From the NCBI GenBank assembly GCA_965237575.1, contig CBDEGI010000004.1, positions 2,953,746-3,017,745 on the forward strand: a DNA stretch of 64,000 nucleotides. The letters are read 5' to 3'. The DNA comes from Bryobacterales bacterium (GTDB lineage: Bacteria; Acidobacteriota; Terriglobia; Bryobacterales; UBA6623). Every line of letters starts with the position of its first letter. The stretch's first letter is position 1. Of this stretch, positions 40,131 to 50,533 are shown piece by piece. Position numbers and translations under genes: made by a program. Below the pieces are notes generated by a model, which was not told the DNA's origin, made no database searches, and worked only from the letters and a program-made list of their open reading frames with translations.

Positions 40131-40387
40131 GGTCGTTCGCGACTGATCCGTTTTAGCCGCTGATCGAGGGTCTCCCCTCCTCCGTACGTCGTCAAGCTCG
40201 GGAGGCATTCCGGTTGTTCACGCAAGATCCTTTCCACCCCAGTTTGCACTTCAAGCAAGTAAAACACGAGGAAAACACTTGGTCGGCCCGGGTTGGAATA
40301 GGCTATCGGGTCCTCGGGATACGTGAGAAGGACCGCGTGACCTGGTTCTGGATTGGCTCGCACAGCGACTACGACAAGTTAGCGTGA
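40127..40387 (+). pseudogene. RelE/ParE-like toxin with in-frame TAG at codon 10
   Basis: MRSFATDPF*..DPFHPSLHFKQV..WSARVGIGYRVLG..WFWIGSHSDYDKL; TAG at 40154-56. Confidence 0.85.
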
Positions 40388-40487
40388 CTTGCACATCTCG
40401 TCGCCTTGCAATCGCCGCCCTCGGCACGCTTGTGGCGCGGACCTCAAAACCGGGGTCCGAGCTGCGGACAGTTGTGTCAGAAGAAGA

Positions 40488-40790
40488 TCGGTGCGGAGGG
40501 CGACCCGGCATGGTTGCTGGTCTCGCTCCCCCCACGCCCAACCGTGCCGGTTGCCACAGTCAGGATTGCTGTCCTGAGCCCCTCAGGTTAGTCACCAACG
40601 TAGCGTGGCAGGCCGGCTACTTGGACCGATTGGTCCTTCTTCGACGGCTCGAGTGTGGCGAAATCGACCGCCGTATACCGTTTCCTCAACGCACTCAGTC
40701 GATCGGAGCTAAGCTTCTGATGGCTTACGGCCAAGCGGACACCGGCTCCACCGTTATACCGCGTCATCCCCCCGGATCGGCGTCCGGGGC
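40488..40790. ncRNA. candidate structured non-coding RNA (unidentified)
   Basis: Run of at least five hairpins in a segment without a credible ORF; strand unresolved. Confidence 0.35.
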
Positions 40791-40835
40791 AAGGCCCGGA
40801 GCGCCAGTAGAGGTCCTCGACTGCGCGGCCGGGGA

Positions 40836-41210
40836 CTACTTCAACTCGACTGTCGCTCCGGCCTCGGTCAGCTTCGCCTGAAGCGCTTCAGCCTCGTCTT
40901 TGGCGATATTTTCCTTGACCGCCTTGGGCGGATTATCGACCAGGTCTTTGGCCTCTTTGAGGCCCAGGCTGGTCACTTCACGAACCGCCTTGATGACCGA
41001 GATCTTGTTCCCGGCCACGCCGGTGAGCATCACCGAGAACTCGGTCTGCTCCTCCTCCTCCTCCGCTGCCGCCGCGGCGCCGGGCCCTACGGCCACAGTC
41101 GCGGCCGCAGCCGAGACGCCGAGCTTCTCTTCGAGCGTCTTCACCAAGTCGGCCGCTTCCAGCAGTGTGAGGCCTTGAATCTGTTCAGAAATCGCGTTTA
41201 CATCAGCCAT
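40836..41210 (-). CDS. rplL: 50S ribosomal protein L7/L12
   Basis: [31 protein letters not shown]. Confidence 0.98.
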   Translation of the reverse strand: MADVNAISEQIQGLTLLEAADLVKTLEEKLGVSAAAATVAVGPGAAAAAEEEEEQTEFSVMLTGVAGNKISVIKAVREVTSLGLKEAKDLVDNPPKAVKENIAKDEAEALQAKLTEAGATVELK

Positions 41211-41271
41211 GTTGGTCGTAACTCCTTCTTCCGCGGCGGGTGCGGCCCGCCCAGTAATCTAGTTGCGGCGG

Positions 41272-41799
41272 TCAGGATGCGAACTTCTTCTCCTGAACCC
41301 CCTGATCAATCACCACCGCCAAGTTTCGTCCCACGGCATTGATCACCGTCGCCAGCCTTTGAGCAGGCGCCTGAATCAGGAACAACAGCTTGGCGTGCAG
41401 GTCGTCGCGGCCCGGCAGCTTCGCCAACTCGTTCAAAGCGGCCACATCGAGCACCCGCCCCTCAACGACGCCGGCCTTGAACGTAAACACCGCGTGGTCT
41501 TTGCCGTACGCCACTAAAGCTTTGACGAGGGCGACGGGGTCGTCGCCGCCGAAGGCCATCGAGGTCATGCCGGTCAGGTTCGACAGCACCTCCTCGTAGG
41601 GCGTACCTTCCGAGGCCAGCAGAGCCAAGCGATTCTTGAGAACGCGGTAGCTCGCCCCGGTGGCGCGAATCTGTTTGCGAAGGTCGTAGTCCTCCGCGAC
41701 TTTCAAGCCTTCGAAAGCGCAAAGGAACACGGTTGGCGACGTCGCCAAGTCGCTCCGAAGCTGATCGAGGTCAGCGGTTTTAGTTGCCTTGGTCTTCAT
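41272..41799 (-). CDS. rplJ: 50S ribosomal protein L10
   Basis: LRKQIR..VLKNRL, LAKLPGR; operon position. Confidence 0.96.
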   Translation of the reverse strand: MKTKATKTADLDQLRSDLATSPTVFLCAFEGLKVAEDYDLRKQIRATGASYRVLKNRLALLASEGTPYEEVLSNLTGMTSMAFGGDDPVALVKALVAYGKDHAVFTFKAGVVEGRVLDVAALNELAKLPGRDDLHAKLLFLIQAPAQRLATVINAVGRNLAVVIDQGVQEKKFAS

Positions 41800-41811
41800 C
41801 GCTATCAGCCC

Positions 41812-42510
41812 TTACGTCGTTAGATCCGAGACATTGAGCCGCACCGCCGGGCTCATCGTCGAGCACATCGTGACCGCCTCGACGTAGCGCCCTTTCGCCG
41901 CGGCGGGCTTGGCCTTGACCACAGCCTGAATCAGCGCTGTCGCGTTCTCGTTCAACATCTCGGTGGAAAAACTCAGCTTTCCAACCGGCACATGGATCAC
42001 GCCGCCTTTGTCGACACGGAACTCGACTTTGCCGGCCTTGATCTCCTGGACCGCTTGGGCGACGTCCATCGTCACCGTGCCCGTCTTAGGATTCGGCATC
42101 AGGCCCCTGGGTCCGAGAACCTTGCCCAGACGCCCCACGAACTTCATCATGTCGGGCGTGGACACCACGGCGTCGAAGTCAAGCCAGTTTTCGGTCTGGA
42201 TCTTCTTGACCATCTCTTCCCCACCCACGTGGTCGGCGCCGGCGTCCTCGGCCTCTTTGGCCTTGTCGCCCGCCGCGATCACGAGCACCTTTTTCGATTT
42301 GCCCAGCCCATGGGGCAGAACGACCGTGCCGCGGACCATCTGGTCCGCGTGCTTGGGGTTAACGCCCAAGTTCATATGCACTTCAACACTCTCGTCGAAG
42401 GAGGCGACCTTGTTCTCTTTGAGAAACGGGATCGCTTCCGTGAGCGGGTAATCCTGTGCGGTCAGCTTCTCGGCAGCCGCCTTGTATTTCTTGCCTCGCT
42501 TACCTGCCAT
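41812..42510 (-). CDS. rplA: 50S ribosomal protein L1
   Basis: [32 protein letters not shown]. Confidence 0.98.
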   Translation of the reverse strand: MAGKRGKKYKAAAEKLTAQDYPLTEAIPFLKENKVASFDESVEVHMNLGVNPKHADQMVRGTVVLPHGLGKSKKVLVIAAGDKAKEAEDAGADHVGGEEMVKKIQTENWLDFDAVVSTPDMMKFVGRLGKVLGPRGLMPNPKTGTVTMDVAQAVQEIKAGKVEFRVDKGGVIHVPVGKLSFSTEMLNENATALIQAVVKAKPAAAKGRYVEAVTMCSTMSPAVRLNVSDLTT

Positions 42511-42562
42511 GACGTTCCTCTCCCTATAGGTCCCCGCCGTCGTGGAGGGGACTCCTTCGGGT

Positions 42563-42997
42563 TTATGCGCCCTCTATCCGGATTCCCATGCTGCGGGCCG
42601 TCCCGCTGATAATCTTGACCGCCGCCTCGAGGTCGTTGCTGTTGAGATCGGGCGCCTTCGCCTTGGCGATCTCCTCCACCTGCCGGTTCGTCACCGAGCC
42701 GACTTTGTTGCGGTTCGGCTCACCCGACCCCTTCGCCAGATTCGCGGCCCGCTTGAGGAGCACCGAGGCTGGCGGCGTCTTGGTGACGAACGAGTACGAG
42801 CGGTCTTGGTAGACCGAAATCACGACCGGCACAATCAGCCCGTCGAGATCGTTCGTGGACGTCTTCGCGTTGAACGCCTTGCAGAAGTCCATGATGTTGA
42901 TGCCCGCCTGACCCAGAGCCGGCCCGACCGGCGGCGCCGGCGTGGCCTTTCCGGCCATGATCTGCAACTTGATCTGCGACTTGATTCTCTTTGCCAT
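42563..42997 (-). CDS. rplK: 50S ribosomal protein L11
   Basis: [23 protein letters not shown]. Confidence 0.98.
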   Translation of the reverse strand: MAKRIKSQIKLQIMAGKATPAPPVGPALGQAGINIMDFCKAFNAKTSTNDLDGLIVPVVISVYQDRSYSFVTKTPPASVLLKRAANLAKGSGEPNRNKVGSVTNRQVEEIAKAKAPDLNSNDLEAAVKIISGTARSMGIRIEGA

Positions 42998-43008
42998 GAC
43001 CTATCCGT

Positions 43009-44049
43009 CTAGACTTTCTCTTTCTCGACTTGAAAGTATTCCAGCTCGACCGGCGTCCCTCGCCCGAAGATCGTTACCATCACCTTGATCGTACTGCGAT
43101 CTTCGTTGACCTCTTCCACCGTCCCGGTGAAGTTGGAGAACGGACCGTCGATGATCTTGACCCGATCGTTGTGGTCGAAGGTCATCTTGGGCCGCGGCTT
43201 CTCCTTCGACACCGTCTGCCGGTAGAGGATCTGGTTGACCTCGTCGTCGGCGAGGGGTGTCGGCATCTGACCGCTGCCTACGAAGCTCGTTACGCGGGGC
43301 GTGTTCCGTACCACGTGCCAGAGTTCGTCATCCATCTTCAGTTGCACCAACACGTAGCCGGGATAGAGCAACCGCTTACTGGTGACCTTCTGGCCGCCCT
43401 TCATCTCGACCACGTCTTCGGTCGGAATCAGGAGTTCGCCGATACGTTCGTCTAGCCCGAAAGCCTGTGCCCGGGAAAGGAGGCTCTCCTTGACCTTGTT
43501 CTCAAAACCCGAGTAGGTATGGATGATGTACCAATCCATACCCGGTACGCCCACCGAGATTGGCGCGGCGGCTTCTTCAGCCTCCTCAGCCTCCTCTGGG
43601 AGTTCGTCAACCACCGGCGCTTCTTCGATCTCCGCGGCCGCCTCGACTTCGGGGGCCTCCACAGCCTCCTCGGCCAGCTCCTGAGCCTCCTCTGCGGTCG
43701 GTAGGGCGGCCACTGCTTCCTCCACCGAGGCCTCTGAAAGGTCCTCCACCACCGGTTCCTCGGGAGCCTCTGCCTGCGCCGGTTCCTCCGCTGGAACCTC
43801 TTCCGCGGCCAAGACCTCTGGAGTCTCTTCTTGCGCCGGAGCTTCCTCCACGGGTTCCTCCGCCGCGGGGGCCACTGAAGCCTGGTCCACGGGAGCCTCT
43901 TCAACCGGCTCTGCCGTTACTGGGTCCTCGACCACTGGGTCCCTGACCACTGCGTCCTCGACGGGGGCCTCTTCGGCCATCTCGGTCGCTGCCGGAGCCG
44001 TCTCCGCCTCAACCTCGGTAACCTCGTTGATCGGCTCCATTTCGCTCAC
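43009..44049 (-). CDS. nusG: transcription factor NusG with long acidic N-terminal extension
   Basis: [14 protein letters not shown] and [22 protein letters not shown]; GTG start after AAGGAAGG. Confidence 0.93.
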   Translation of the reverse strand: MSEMEPINEVTEVEAETAPAATEMAEEAPVEDAVVRDPVVEDPVTAEPVEEAPVDQASVAPAAEEPVEEAPAQEETPEVLAAEEVPAEEPAQAEAPEEPVVEDLSEASVEEAVAALPTAEEAQELAEEAVEAPEVEAAAEIEEAPVVDELPEEAEEAEEAAAPISVGVPGMDWYIIHTYSGFENKVKESLLSRAQAFGLDERIGELLIPTEDVVEMKGGQKVTSKRLLYPGYVLVQLKMDDELWHVVRNTPRVTSFVGSGQMPTPLADDEVNQILYRQTVSKEKPRPKMTFDHNDRVKIIDGPFSNFTGTVEEVNEDRSTIKVMVTIFGRGTPVELEYFQVEKEKV

Positions 44050-44078
44050 AAGACTGACTCCCTTCCTTGCACCGAGGG

Positions 44079-44360
44079 CTACCGAGTAAACTGCTGGTAC
44101 AGATTCGTCTGTCCCAGGGCCAGAAGATAGTCCACCACGCCGAAAAACAGCGCGAAGGCAAATACCGTTACCAACACCACGACGGTGGTCGCTTGCACCT
44201 GCTTCCGGCTCGGCCAAGTCACCAGCCGCATTTCGCGCTCCAGGCCGTCTACATAAGCGCGAAACCGGGAGGGCCAAGTCGGAATCGCAGTCAGCACTCC
44301 GCCGATACCGCCCTGGGCGGCTTTCTTTGAACCCGATCCGCGTTTCGCGACCGTTGCCAT
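44079..44360 (-). CDS. secE: preprotein translocase subunit SecE
   Basis: EMRLVTWPSRKQV + single TM; between tRNA-Trp and nusG. Confidence 0.95.
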   Translation of the reverse strand: MATVAKRGSGSKKAAQGGIGGVLTAIPTWPSRFRAYVDGLEREMRLVTWPSRKQVQATTVVVLVTVFAFALFFGVVDYLLALGQTNLYQQFTR

Positions 44361-44427
44361 CACTCTGCTCCTTGCCGCACGACCTACCTATCCACACCTA
44401 CCCGAATGAACTGTTGAGCTTCAGGGG

Positions 44428-44502
44428 TGGCAGGGGCGGAGGGATTCGAACCCCCACTCGCGGTTTTGGAGACCGCTGGTCTACCGTTGAACCTACGCCC
44501 CT
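44428..44502 (-). tRNA. tRNA-Trp (CCA)
   Basis: Cloverleaf AGGGGCG..CTCCAAA..TTCGAAT..CGCCCCTGCCA. Confidence 0.96.
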
Positions 44503-44572
44503 AGGGAGCGGCCGGCTCTCCTTATCTTCGCATCCAGGGGGCCGGTTGCGCTACCCCAGCCGTCTGGCTCTT

Positions 44573-44725
44573 CTACTTGACCTCGCGGTGAACCGTGTGG
44601 CGACGCAGCCGAGGAGAATATTTCTTCAACTCAAGCCGGTTCGGCGTTTTCTTCTTGTTCTTCGTCGTCGTGTAGTTACGATCCTTCGTCTCTGTGCACT
44701 CCAAAGTCACGATCTCTCTCGCCAT
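44573..44725 (-). CDS. rpmG: 50S ribosomal protein L33 (50 aa; below ORF-track cutoff)
   Basis: [50 protein letters not shown]; GAGGAGG RBS. Confidence 0.96.
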   Translation of the reverse strand: MAREIVTLECTETKDRNYTTTKNKKKTPNRLELKKYSPRLRRHTVHREVK

Positions 44726-44767
44726 TCGTTCCTCCTCGCAACCTTCCGAATCCAGTTTTCAGCGCCG

Positions 44768-45955
<1,188 letters not shown>

Positions 45956-45997
45956 CTTCGCCTCTCTTCGCTCTGTTGAAATCGGTAAGAAATTCGG

Positions 45998-46084
45998 TGG
46001 TGGACGGGAGAGGATTCGAACCTCTGTAGGACTGAGTCCGGCAGATTTACAGTCTGCTGCCTTTAACCACTCGGCCACCCGTCC
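45998..46084 (-). tRNA. tRNA-Tyr (GTA)
   Basis: 87 nt, long variable arm, anticodon loop CTGTAAA, encoded CCA. Confidence 0.96.
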
Positions 46085-46185
46085 GCTGAACTTAGATCCC
46101 TGTGTCTCGCAATTGCCTCTTTCCGGTTCCTCCGAACCAGTCCTGCTGAACCTCGGCACTTCCGCGTCGGGAAAATCGCGAATGC

Positions 46186-46261
<76 letters not shown>

Positions 46262-46301
46262 TTATCTTGTTCCCGAACCCGATGCCGTTAGGGGAGAACT
46301 C

Positions 46302-46376
46302 TGGAGCGGGAGACGGGAATCGAACCCGCAACCAACAGCTTGGAAGGCTGTGACTCTACCATTGAGTTACTCCCGC
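46302..46376 (-). tRNA. tRNA-Gly (TCC)
   Basis: GCGGGAG..CTTCCAA..TTCGATT..CTCCCGCTCCA. Confidence 0.96.
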
Positions 46377-46441
46377 CGGAAAGCCTGACTTGCCTAACTT
46401 GATCCGAAGCAATCTACGCCGCGGGCTCGACCATCGCTCAG

Positions 46442-46517
<76 letters not shown>

Positions 46518-46633
46518 CCGGGCCTATCCTCCTCGACACACCCGCACCGGGTGGTTACTGTTGAGCCGGGAACCCTGCCTGGATAGTCAACGCTCCAGGA
46601 CGCACAGGCCCTCGAGCCGACACCCTTTTATCC

Positions 46634-46662
46634 AGTATAAGGTCTTCCGAGTCCGGCGTCAA
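46634..46662 (-). promoter_or_regulatory. sigma70 promoter of the tRNA-tuf operon
   Basis: TTGACG-N17-TATACT on the minus strand. Confidence 0.8.
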
Positions 46663-46930
46663 AGCGCCCGTAATGTCCTGAGCTTGCGTTGCTGGGCACG
46701 TTGTAGGCTAAGGCTGCTGATGGTCCCGAGTTCTCCAACCCACATAGTAGCCGGCGCTGAAAATACCTAGCCCTACAACGACGAGCACTGTTACTAGCAG
46801 CAAGGTGTGCATGCGTGCCTCCGGCGGTGAAGTCTAACTCGTCCTGACAGACCTAGGATACTCGAAGCCGAGTCCGCGCTTCTCACTAGCCGTAGGACAC
46901 TACCAAGCGATGCGAAAAAGAGGCCGAGGC

Positions 46931-47842
46931 CTAAACGAGCGACTCCAGGTATTGCCGGGCACCGTTGATCTCGGCGGTGACCGCTTCCGTGGAGTCGAGG
47001 ATCGGTATGCCTCGCGGCACCGGGTGCATGAAGATCGATGTGAAGCCCGAGTAGGCGGTCTGTTTGAGGGCCGCAACGATCGGCGTGAAGTCAAGGGTGC
47101 CACGGCCGGGCAACTGCTCCAGCTCCTCGGCTTTGGGCAGCTTTTTGGATGCGCCCTTGCCGTGCTGCCAGGCGTAGAACATCACCATTCGTTCTCCGAG
47201 GTCACGGACGAGTTGGGCGATCAGCGACGGGTCCTGCGGAAGGTGATAGGGAGCCAGCGCGATGCCGAGGGCTTTGGACGGCGCGAACTCGACGAGCCAC
47301 TTCACCGCGTCCGGGGCGTCGATGAGACCGTTCCCGTGATTCTCGATGCCGATTGTGACTTGGTATTCTTCGGCGGCGGCGATAGGCGGCTTCATCTGCT
47401 CGGCGAAGAGCTTCACGGCCGCCCGCAACTCCGCCCCGCCGAGACCCTTCGGGCCGTGGCCGCCCGTGATGAGCAGCTTGCCGCCAAAAGCGCGCGCGAA
47501 CCGCATTTCGTCCCGCAGTTTGAACGGGCCGAGGTCATAGCGGGTCACCACGCCCAATTTGACCTGGTGCCTGGCGAGAAGGCGGCCGAAGGCCTCGCGA
47601 CCCATCTCCTCGATCTGCTCGCGCTGGCTGCCGTGTACGCGAGGCCAGATGTCGATGTGCTCGGCCCCGATCTTGGCGACTTCAGGAAGAATCTCCTCTA
47701 GTGGGGTCGTCCCATACATGCAAGAGGAGAGGACATAGCGGAAGCTCGTCTTCGCCGCGAGCGCGAGGGGGATGAACGGACCGAGGGCGGAACCGAGCGC
47801 ACCGCTCAAGAAGCTTCGACGGCTTGGCTTCCGGTTGTTCAT
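46931..47842 (-). CDS. sugar phosphate isomerase/epimerase (TIM barrel), Tat signal
   Basis: SRRSFL leader; IGIENH, QLPGRGTLDF, YSG. Confidence 0.8.
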   Translation of the reverse strand: MNNRKPSRRSFLSGALGSALGPFIPLALAAKTSFRYVLSSCMYGTTPLEEILPEVAKIGAEHIDIWPRVHGSQREQIEEMGREAFGRLLARHQVKLGVVTRYDLGPFKLRDEMRFARAFGGKLLITGGHGPKGLGGAELRAAVKLFAEQMKPPIAAAEEYQVTIGIENHGNGLIDAPDAVKWLVEFAPSKALGIALAPYHLPQDPSLIAQLVRDLGERMVMFYAWQHGKGASKKLPKAEELEQLPGRGTLDFTPIVAALKQTAYSGFTSIFMHPVPRGIPILDSTEAVTAEINGARQYLESLV

Positions 47843-48082
47843 CCCATGGACTCGGATTCGGCAAGGTACCACATGTCGTCCGCCATGATGTCGAGACTGA
47901 TGCTACCACGGCCAAGAACGCGCGACACGCCGCCGTGGGAGCCGTACCCGTGGCGATTGGGCTATCCCTTCCGCGGAAGGCTCGGCACGTCCGGCGTGCC
48001 GGCCGGATCTCCGCTCTTAACCGCAAGGGGTTTGCATCAGGGGGAATTTCGGTTTCGACCCAAGACCGCGTAGAATGCCGGG

Positions 48083-48898
48083 ATGGCCACGACGTTCTCA
48101 GACCGATTGCGCAGCGGGTCGAAACTGATCGGCAGTTGGTGCACCTTTTCGAGTTACGCCAGCGCGGAGGTGATGACCGAACTGGGCGTCGACTTCGCGA
48201 TCCTCGACTTGCAGCACTGCGAGCTGACCCAATCCGACTTCCCCGGTCTGCTAGGAGCCTTTCGGGGAACGGACGTTACACCGGTCGTCCGCGCTCCCGA
48301 AAACGACTATCACATCATCAACTGGCTCTTCGATCAGGGCGTGGGCGCGGTGATGGTTCCCATGGTCAACTCCGTCGAGGAGGCTCGCCGCGCCATCGAG
48401 GCCGCCAAGTTTCCGCCCGTGGGCAGGCGTAGTTTCGGACCCTATCGCGCCGCGCGGTACAGTTTCGGAGCTCAGGAGTACATGGCCGAGGCCGACCGGC
48501 TAGCCACCCTGATCATTCAAATCGAGAGCGCCGACGCCATCCGCAACTTGGAGGAGATCCTGGCCCTGCCGGGCGTGGACGCGGTTTTCGTCGGGCCGAA
48601 CGATGTCGCGTTCTCGATGCTCGAACCGGGGCAGTCGTTGGTTAAGCCCGCCAGTGAGAGTGCAGGAGCCGACGGCGCCAGCCAGTGGACCGCTTTCGCC
48701 CGTAGCCCTGCGTTAATGGCTCTTTGTGAAGAGGCGCTTCGCAAGGCCTCGGCGGCCGGCATTCCCTACGGGATGACCGGCGGCACGCGCGAGGAGGTGG
48801 ACGAGTGGCACGCCAAGGGAGCCGCCTACATGACTCTCGGCAGCGACTTCCTGTTCATGAGGTCGGGGGCGAGTCAGATCCTCTCGGGCGACACGTAG
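48083..48898 (+). CDS. HpcH/HpaI aldolase family protein
   Basis: DLQH, VMVPMVNS, FPPVGRRSFG, IQIES, VFVGPND. Confidence 0.9.
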   Translation: MATTFSDRLRSGSKLIGSWCTFSSYASAEVMTELGVDFAILDLQHCELTQSDFPGLLGAFRGTDVTPVVRAPENDYHIINWLFDQGVGAVMVPMVNSVEEARRAIEAAKFPPVGRRSFGPYRAARYSFGAQEYMAEADRLATLIIQIESADAIRNLEEILALPGVDAVFVGPNDVAFSMLEPGQSLVKPASESAGADGASQWTAFARSPALMALCEEALRKASAAGIPYGMTGGTREEVDEWHAKGAAYMTLGSDFLFMRSGASQILSGDT

Positions 48899-48946
48899 GG
48901 AGAGTGCCGCCTTGTGCCTTCCGGCAGGGCGTTTGGCTGCGGTTCC

Positions 48947-49366
48947 TCAGCCCACCAGCTCTTCCGTAATTACCGGTCCGGAATCGATCGTTTTCCTCAC
49001 CGGGCAGCGGGTTGCAATGTAGGCCAGCCGCTCTCGTTGCTCCGCGTCGAGGTCGCCCTCGAAGTACATCCGCACGTTGATCCGGTCGACCAGCCCGTCG
49101 TCGGCTTCGCACTCTTCGCAATCCCGCGCATGCACCCGCCCATGAGACAGCTCGAGGCGGACCTTGCCCAAGGCCCACCCCTTACGTCGCGCGTACATTT
49201 CGAGCGTCATCGCCGTGCAAACGCCAAGAGAGCTCAGTAGCAGCTCGTAAGGGTCGGGACCCAGACCGTCGCCCACGCCCTTCGGCTCATCGGCGAGCAA
49301 CGCATGACTATCGGTGGTGACAAGTGTCTGATAGTTATCGAGGCTGGTAACTGTAACCTGTGCCAT
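48947..49366 (-). CDS. OsmC family protein
   Basis: ADEP..GPDPYELL..LGVCTAMT..RCPV. Confidence 0.92.
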   Translation of the reverse strand: MAQVTVTSLDNYQTLVTTDSHALLADEPKGVGDGLGPDPYELLLSSLGVCTAMTLEMYARRKGWALGKVRLELSHGRVHARDCEECEADDGLVDRINVRMYFEGDLDAEQRERLAYIATRCPVRKTIDSGPVITEELVG

Positions 49367-49414
49367 GACAAATCTCCCCTGAGCAAGACGGGAACTTGCA
49401 GCCCGCGACCGGTG

Positions 49415-50437
49415 TCAGCACCCGCGAGAATAGAACCACGCTGAGGGCCGTCCCAGCGTGTCGTGGGCACGTACCCAGCCCCCGCCCAGCGCCGCGGGCT
49501 TCTCGGCAGCAGCGCAGGGGCTCCCCGATAGGATGACGACTTCGATCCACAGGTAGCCGTTCATCCAGCGATCGCCAACTACCTCGATGGGCACTTCGCG
49601 GCCCAGGTGGTTGCGCCACGTCGCGTCGATTCCTCGCGCGGGCGAGACGGGGTCCGGCTCTTCGAAGATCAGCCCATCCCAGCGCTCGTTGAGATAGGAC
49701 AGGTGTTCCAGCAGCAGGTTCTGAAGCGGGTGGAAGGTCCCGATGTGATCCGGTCCCACCCAGCCGCTCTGGCCATCCCGCGACGCGACCCGAAACCAGT
49801 TTCCCCACTGCCCGGATACGATCGCTCCCGAGGCCTCGTACGCGTACTCGGCACCGGCCAGTTCCTGCAACCGCGAGACCTCTCGCACAGTGACGGAATC
49901 GGGCCTGGCCTCCCCGCGGATGGGAATCGGCTTTCCCGTTGAAGGGCGCCCCTGGGCTTGCGCCACCCAGTCAAACAGAGCCGGGATTTCCACGATCCCC
50001 AGTACCTGCGGCTTCGTTCTCTCGGACCCGCCCGGCTCCCCCGGAGCAAACGGGGAGCGAGGGACCGTACGCGGGATGTCGTTCAATCCGCAGTCGGTCT
50101 TCCAGCCCAGGTTCTCGTAGCGGTCGCCGGAACTTGGGATGTAGACATAGGCCAGGTCCACTGCCTGCTTCCCGTTGACCCGCACGCTGCCGCCGACCCA
50201 CTCGGCCGTTTCCACTTGTACCGGCTGTTGCCAATCCTTGTAGACCAATTCGCGCGCCTCCCGAATCAACTCGGCGGCGCGGCGGCCGGTCTTCTCGTCG
50301 ACTTGGAGGCAGTGGTCAGCACGCGCTGGGAGCGAGAAGCAGGCAACCGCAACCACCACTATGGGCAGCGCGCGGCTGAGTGTGTTCCGGCGCTTGGCGG
50401 GCGGAGCGATGACAGGTTCGTCCATGGGAGACATCAA
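49415..50437 (-). CDS. secreted hypothetical protein (possible SH3-like segments)
   Basis: Signal peptide; WFRVASRDGQSGWV; C-term WFYSRGC. Confidence 0.55.
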   Translation of the reverse strand: MMSPMDEPVIAPPAKRRNTLSRALPIVVVAVACFSLPARADHCLQVDEKTGRRAAELIREARELVYKDWQQPVQVETAEWVGGSVRVNGKQAVDLAYVYIPSSGDRYENLGWKTDCGLNDIPRTVPRSPFAPGEPGGSERTKPQVLGIVEIPALFDWVAQAQGRPSTGKPIPIRGEARPDSVTVREVSRLQELAGAEYAYEASGAIVSGQWGNWFRVASRDGQSGWVGPDHIGTFHPLQNLLLEHLSYLNERWDGLIFEEPDPVSPARGIDATWRNHLGREVPIEVVGDRWMNGYLWIEVVILSGSPCAAAEKPAALGGGWVRAHDTLGRPSAWFYSRGC

Positions 50438-50533
50438 AGAGTCGCTACGCCACTAGGGACAGAGCGAACGACGCCTTCGCCCGTCCCGGTGACTGCACCT
50501 GAGGCTATCGCCGACAAGACTCCACAAGGGAGA

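Noticed and set aside
40154-40156. In-frame TAG (also one in the TonB stub) as possible recoding
   Set aside because: TAG is used as a normal stop by many genes here; nonsense mutation is simpler
40491-40680. Plus-strand GTGCG..CCCGGCATGG and ACCGCCGTATACCG resemble the group IIC intron 5' end and the start of domain V
   Set aside because: The 3' half of domain V and domain VI are absent, there is no RT ORF and the spacing is too short; kept only as an alternative for the structured element
44050-44397. Further N-terminal extension of NusG in the ORF track
   Set aside because: Overlaps secE in another frame; the RBS supports a start at 44049
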